The position numbers were made by a program, and so were the translations under genes. The notes under the pieces were generated by a model. It worked only from the letters and a program-made list of their open reading frames with translations, was not told the DNA's origin and made no database searches. A stretch of DNA of 64,000 nt from Camelus ferus (lineage: Eukaryota): NCBI RefSeq assembly GCF_009834535.1, contig NC_045697.1, positions 69,814,001 to 69,878,000 of the forward strand. The letters run 5' to 3'. Numbering within the stretch: the first letter of the stretch is position 1; every line of letters begins with the position of its first letter. This document shows, in pieces, positions 51,331-64,000 of this stretch.

Positions 51331-53213
51331 CAGCATTACCTGTATACCAAAACCAGACAAGGATACCACAGGAAAAGACAATTACAGACTAAAATAATTC
51401 AAAAATTCTCAATGAAATATTAGTAAACTGAATTCAACAATACATAACAATACATAAAAATACTTAAAAAGGATCATATACCACAATCAAGTGGAATTTA
51501 TTTCAAGGATGCAAGGATGGTTCAACATTCACAAATCAATAAATGAGATATACCACATTAACAAAATGAAAGATGAAAACCATATAATCATCTCAACAGA
51601 TGCAGAAAAAGCATTTGACAGAATTCAACATCTATTTATGATAAAAACTCTCTCAACAAATTGGGTAGAGAGGGAAAATACCTCAATAAAGCCCACATAC
51701 ATAACAAGCCCACAAGTGACGTCATACTTAACAGTGAAAAATCTGAAAGCATTTCCTCTAAGATCAGAAACAAGACAAGGATGCCCACTGTCACCACTTC
51801 TATTCAACACAGTATTGGCAAGTCTCGGCAGAGCAACTAGGCAAGAAAGAGAAATGAAAGTCATCAAGATTATAAATGAAGAAGTAAAATTGTCACTGTT
51901 TGCAGGTGTGATGATACTATATAGAGAAAACCCTAAAGGCTCTGCCAAAATACCTGCCAGAACTAGTAAATCCAGTAAAGTTCTAGGATATGAGATCAAT
52001 ATACAGAAATGTGTTGAATTTCTACACACTAGTACTGAACTACCAGAAAGAGAAAGAAAACCATCCCATTTACCTGAAACCATAAATCTCCTAGAAGAAG
52101 ACATAGGTAGTAAACTCCTTGACTTTGAACTCTGTGATGATTTTTTGCATTTGACACCAAATGCAAAAGCAACAAAAGCAAAAACAAGTGGGACTACATC
52201 AAACTGAAAAGCTCTGCACAGCAAAGAGAATATCAATAAAATGAAAACGCAACCTACTAAATGGGAGAAAGATTTGCAAATCATCTATCTGATAAGATGT
52301 TAATATCCAAAAAAAAAAAAGAAAGAAATCATACAACTCAAAAGCAGAAAAACCAAATAATTGGATTAAAAATGGGCAGAGGACCTGAACAGACATTTTT
52401 CCAAAGAAGACATCCAAATGCCCAATAGACACATGAAAAGATACCCAACATCGTTAGTCATCAGGGAAACACAAATCAAAAGCACACTAGATATCACCTC
52501 ACACTTGTTAAAATCGCTATTATCGAAAAGATAGGAAACAACAAGTGTTGGTCAGGATATGGGAAAAAGGGAATACTAGCACAATGTTTGTGGGAATATA
52601 GAAATTGATGGAGCCACTATGGAAAACAGAATGGAAGCTCCTCAAAACTAAAACTAAAAATAGAACTACCATATGAGCCAGCAATTTTGCTTCTAGGTAT
52701 TTACCTGAAGAAAACAAAAACACTAACTGGAAAAGACACATCCACCCCCATGTTTATTGCAGCGTTCTTTATAATAGCCAAGGTATGTAAACAACTGAAG
52801 TGTCCAGATGAATGGATAAAGAAGAAGTGATATTTTATTCAGCCATATAAAAGAATTACTACTTGCAACTTATTAACAACTTTGATGGATCTTGAAGGCA
52901 TTATGCAAACTGAAATAAGCTGGACAGAGAAAGACCAATATCGTATGATCTCATTTATATGTGGAGTCTAAAAAATAAATAAGTAAATAAAAAACCAAGC
53001 ACATAGATATACAGAACAGAATGTTTGCCAGAGGCAGATGTGAGGGGTGAGTGAAATAAGTGAAGCGGGTCAAAAGGTACAAAGTTTAAGGTATTTAAAA
53101 AAAAAATCCTGAGTGTGTAATGAACAGCATGGAGAATATAGTTAGTAATATTGTATTTCCTATTGAAAGTTGCTAGGAGAATAACCATGAAGGTACTCAT
53201 CACAAGAAAAAAA
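51331..53213 (+). mobile_element. L1 ORF2 (RT region) and 3' end, degenerate
   Basis: MQGWFNIHKSIN..DAEKAFDRIQH..RQGCPLSPLLFN. Confidence 0.92.
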
Positions 53214-56200
53214 TCAGTAACAAAAGAAATACTTAGTCCTCATGTTATTTTCCCAATCTCACACTCACCTACTTTGAAGCATGGCATTATGTAAGAGATA
53301 CTTATTCTTTAAATTTAGAATGAGTTAAAATTCTTTTCGTTCCAAAGCTGCCTTTAAAGAATTAGACCTCCCCTAAACACTGTGAATTATTTGGTTATGG
53401 GTGAATAGTAGTCTTTAAACATCATTTTTAGGTAAGAATTGTCCAGCAATTTCTGACTTGCTTTCAGTCATAGTAAGTCATCTGAGTTGTTTCTTGACGT
53501 GGCAAATAACTCAACAAGCAAGACTGGACAAGGAAATCAGGTGCTTTACCCTCTCTAGTTGTCTTTGCTCATGAGGTAGTTTGTTTGTGAGTTATGAAGC
53601 AACCTCTGGGTTCTTTTGATGACTGTGATAGGGCTGCACAGATGATCTTTTGGACCCCAGATCCCAAGTGAATGAAATGAGCAAACCAAGCACATATATG
53701 ACCATTAAGTTCAACAGAATGGTGTTTGGCCTTGGGTGTAGTGCCCCCATTCTAGCTTTATTCTTGCCACACTGAGTTTGGTTTCTCTTCTTATGCAATG
53801 ACCCATTTCCTGAATATTTCTGGTTATTTGACAGATAAATATAAGCTAATATACTTCAATAAACTTATTTCTTTAACATTTTTGGAGAATACTTAATAGA
53901 GGTTATTTGTGCAATAATCATTTGCTAATAGAAGTAAGTAGTCAGGTGACTAAGAATGTAATTAATAAATACAGACTTGCTCTCACTCTTCTTCAACTTC
54001 CGAGTAATTTTCGAATGATTCTGTCAAAATGACTTTCTAATCCTAGAGTAGCTTGTGTGATTTGTATAGTAGCAAAGTGTTAATTCAGAGTTTAATGATA
54101 TTACTCCTTTTTGTTGATTTACTATTTCTGGAGGAGCAAAGTCACTGTATCAGAGCTATTAGCTAAACCATCAACACGAAATTCTCTTCAAACTGAAAAT
54201 TTTCTTCATTCTGACTAGGCCTTTTATTCAGCTGGCTAAAATGAGTATAAGCTATGTCCATTCACAGTTAAGATTCTTTTTAAGGAGAGCAGCAAATCTG
54301 GAAATTCTTGTTTCTAGAGTCAGAATTATTGCTGGAGGTCAGCGGGACACAATGACCATATGCACCATTCCAGGCCTATCAGGATGCCAGCCCCTTTGTA
54401 GTTCCATTTTTATACTTTGATTTCAACCTGCCTCTTTCCCCACCAGTATCAATATAAATAGAGAGGCAGTGCTGGGTGCAGAAAGAACCCCCCCTTCCCC
54501 CCCATGGAGCCCTGTGCCCCTCTGTGAGAACACTGACATGCATGCCTATATCCCCTCTCCACCTGCTCCCACAACCTGGGAGGATGGAGGGTTGGGGCCA
54601 GATGCAGGCCTCTGGGCAACCAGTAGGATTTTATACCCACTATTGTGACATGGGCATTTAGAACCATCTCTTTTTTAAAATTTTGTTTTATTAATGATAT
54701 TTACTTTTATTTTGTACTACATTTTCAGTGAAGAGATTTGTCATTCTTTAACATAAAAGCACTTTTCATAAGTGATCTTTATATCGTCCTAAGTGTTGCT
54801 ATTTTGTTTTCTCTTTTAATCAGTATGTTACAAATCGTATAAGTGATGACTTTGATAATAACACACATACTGAGATTTGCAACTTTGCAAACTCCCAAAG
54901 CTCTAGCAGTGCACTTTTCCTATTAACATCTCAAACCTGACACAACCCTTACATAAAAATGACTTAATTTGCAAATAAAGATAAAAATTATAGGCAACAC
55001 TGGCTGCTGTCTCTTCAGAAGATTATACATATGTATCTCAATACATAGTTTGCATAATTCTACAAGATTTGGAATGAAATACAATGGGATATTCAGATAT
55101 CATTCTGACTAAAATATTGTACAGTGAGTGTAGTGTCTTTAAGGACTTTTGAAAGTTTTTTTACACTTTGTAAAAATGTGATTTTAAAATATTTAGTATT
55201 TATGAAGTATTTTTAATAAAAATACATTTTAATTTAAAAAGTTTTAGGTTTATGGAAAAATTATGAAGATAGTGAAGAAAGTTCCTATTTACCTCCCTCC
55301 ACAAACACACACACAATTTCCCCTATTATTGACATATTAGTTTGTTGTATTTATTATAATTAATGAATCAATATTGGCATATTAGAATTAACTGAAAGCA
55401 GAACCAATTCTTTTTTCTCTGGATCTCACATTATCACACCAACTGGAGCACCCAGCAGCATGGGAACATAGTATTCCATGATGCTAGGACATTCTGAAAA
55501 CTTAGGGATATTCTGGAAGCTCCCCTAACCCTAATTATCTCTGTCAGCATCTTTGACAAAACAATGAAACCATTCCCTACATTTACATGGCACAACACAG
55601 ACAAAGCCTTTTCATTACATCATTCCATGTAATCTTCATGAAGCTGTAATGGATTGGTAGAATAATTTTTTTAAAAGAAAGGATGAAATGGGCTTAGAGA
55701 GGTTGAGTAACTTACAAGTAAGTGGTAGAGCACTTGCTCTGAGTCTAGAGTCCTTTCCACAATATAGAATAAATTGTAGACGTGGAACTAAATCACTTTC
55801 AAAGATAGTTAAAACCCCTTAAAGGAATAAGATTTTCATTGCACACTGACAGATGAAGCTCAAAATGCAAATCTTCCTGTGAGAAAGCATTAAGAAATGA
55901 ATACCATAGGCTTTCACGTATTGGAAACATCAAACTAATTCCAGGCTTCTAGACTTAAGACCTGATAGCTAATAGAAAAATTCTAGATTGAAAATAATTT
56001 TGCAAATATATACACCTGTGTATGTATCGATATCTACTCAGAAAATCTATTGCTTTGGATGTTTGTGTCATTTCTGAGCTACCCATTTGACATGCTTTGT
56101 CCACAGCCTCTTCCTTCTCATCCCTAGACTTCAAGCCACCATAATACTTTTTAATTGCCCTATGACTCATTTTCAGTTAATCGTAATAATTAACTAAGAT

Positions 56201-56848
56201 CATTTAACTAGTAAAGTACTTTCTTGAGTAAAAATTATAGACTTTTGGAATATGGTTCCAATAATAGTTCAGTTTTTAGATTTAATATTCAGGCCTCACA
56301 TTTAATACATGTAGCATGAAGCTGCTTTTATTTTTACTGCAAACAGTATAAAAGCACTAAAACCACTTTCTTTACCTTCAAAATATGTGACATTTCCCTA
56401 AGAAATGTCCTATATTTAGATTTTCTGGACCTTCTCCACTTATAAATCTGAGTATATCCTTTTGCAGACTGCAGTTTTTACTGTATGGTTTTGCTCCATT
56501 TCATAAAAAGGAAAATACAGACAGTGGAAATACAGGTGGAAGATTTTAAGCACAACAGCCCATGACTTGTATGTTGCGGGACAAGCATAATGAAGACCTT
56601 CTCAATGACTAAGGCTTCAATGACTAAGGGTGGTAAAGATACCAAAAGGACAAGAAATCAAAAGAAATAGCTTTCCTCAATGGGAAAGATGACATGATTC
56701 AGCATGAGTAGAATGATTAAGAAGGAATGTTTGTTGGACTCAGTTACCCAAATGATAGTTCATCTAGCTCTCACTTGAATTTTAAACATTTGTTTGAAAG
56801 ATAATTTTACATCAATTTTGATTTCTTTTGGAAAGCTCCCATATGTAA

Positions 56849-56854
56849 TTTATT
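56849..56854 (-). terminator. Candidate ADH1 polyadenylation signal (another near 56327-56332)
   Basis: AATAAA on the minus strand about 100 nt after the stop codon. Confidence 0.45.
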
Positions 56855-56955
56855 AGTAGCATCTCTGAAGAATAGAATTATTGACGATGTTTGGCTGATG
56901 TTTCCGATGATGGAGGAGCCAGAAGACTGCTACAAGTGAAGGCACGTGTACGGTC

Positions 56956-62639
<5,684 letters not shown>

Positions 62640-62773
62640 TTAGAAAGAGCCTAAATTGTATACAATGCCATGCCTTCTCTGTTGTCAGAAGCTACTCAAA
62701 CTCGACACAACCTGTTGTCGCCACTTCTTGGCTTCAGCTGCTTTGTATTTAAAATGAGGGGGTTGAATTAGAT

Positions 62774-62940
62774 CAGTGATCCTCATATTTTGCCGAATAT
62801 TAGACTCATCTGGGGAGCTTTACAAAAAAAGCTCAATGCCCAGGTCCACAGCCCATAACCAATTAAAGCAGAATCTCTATGGGTAACATCCAGTCCATAG
62901 CTAATTCCAGTGGAAAACCCAGGCTGGGGGCCAGTGGACC
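62774..62940. mobile_element. MER5A-like hAT element (another fragment at about 32347-32430)
   Basis: cagtgatcctca...catctggggagcttt..aaaa..aatgcccagg..cagaatctct. Confidence 0.6.
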
Positions 62941-63862
62941 AGATGATTTTTGAGCTGTAAATGCTAGTGACTCCCATCCTGAGGAGAGTTTAGTGGCTCA
63001 ACTGCATGGATAGCCAGCTTCAGTCCACCACGCATACACAAACACAACTTTTGGGAAATGAAATAATAAGTGGAAAAGAGGAGACTGAAAAAATAATCCA
63101 ATTGAAACCTCAATAATTAACAGCCTGGTTCATTAACTTGCAGTAGTCGTGACCAGTATAATGAGAGCAGAAATTAGCTGTGAAGCTTAGGAGAGTCTCC
63201 TCAGCTTAAAGCAATCTTAACAACAGGGGAAATTTAACAGGTAATTTTAAGATAAAACAGCTTGAGACCAATGGGTCTTAAATGCATTTTATCCTTGCTT
63301 TTTAAAATGTACCAATGAACAATAAATCAATGAAAAGTTTGTCTATATTTTAATAATGGATGAAATTCATTATCACAAGTGCCCCCGGCTTCTGCGCTGT
63401 GTGTAGGCTGAAGTAGACCACCTTCTCTGCTGATGCAATTGCAGAAGCGACTTTGTGGTCATCACAGAAACGTGGAAAACATGTTCTCTCAGTGGTTTAA
63501 CTTGGCTTAGGGGCTGTTTAATAAATGTAATCTACTATAGTCAGCCTTCACCATGGGTAAAATGCTCCTCCTGTCCCAAGAAAACATTCTCTGGGGTACA
63601 GCACTTTTTTACCTTAGAAAAGTGAGGGTTGTGATTATGATTTAAAAGTTCTGGTCATTGGGTATTATGGTTTATGATTCAGCAGGAGTTTTGGGAGCGG
63701 GGCAAGTTGCAGCTCTCATACTAACCAACTGTGAGATTTGTGGCAAATAGCTTTATGTCTTTGGGCCTCAGTTTCATAAAATGAAAGAATATTACTATAT
63801 TTCCAACCTTTCAGAAAGAGGAGCCTTTAGAGAATTTATCCTTAAAATCTACCACTTCTGAA

Positions 63863-63875
63863 GTGTGTGTGCATG

Positions 63876-63907
<32 letters not shown>

Positions 63908-63910
63908 CGT
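63863..63910. repeat. Interrupted (TG)n microsatellite
   Basis: Visible in sequence. Confidence 0.9.
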
Positions 63911-64000
63911 GTTCGTGGCAAGGGAGGAGGTATAGCAGTGGAATAGATGCTTCATGCATCCCTGAAGCTTCTCTTCTTTCCTCAGAGATCCACAAAGTGG

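Noticed and set aside
51491..52284. Longest ORFs (238 aa plus, 219 aa minus)
   Set aside because: Degenerate L1 ORF2 and its antisense shadow; the catalytic FADD motif is mutated (FAGV).

Overview
Mammalian genomic DNA, probably from a camelid given a tRNA-Ala-derived short SINE of the Vic-1 type. The window is part of the alcohol dehydrogenase (ADH) cluster, with all ADH genes on the minus strand. From right to left it contains: (1) exons 6-9 and the 3' UTR of a class I ADH1 gene, whose 5' half lies beyond the window; (2) a complete, intact 9-exon class VI ADH gene (rodent Adh6a-like; CDS 31378->18174, 374 aa) with an unusual active site; (3) a heavily decayed ADH paralogue, of which exons 4-6 survive at 6849-7611; (4) two divergently oriented processed pseudogenes, PLAA and BTG1, in a nest of L1 fragments. 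The BTG1 copy has a new ATG in a strong Kozak context and a 146-codon ORF. The rest is LINE-1, MaLR LTRs, Tigger/MER DNA transposons, MIR/L2-like sequence and microsatellites. I found no prokaryotic-type systems (CRISPR etc.) and no wholly new biological system. Family assignments and reference residues come from recalled sequences, not from searches.
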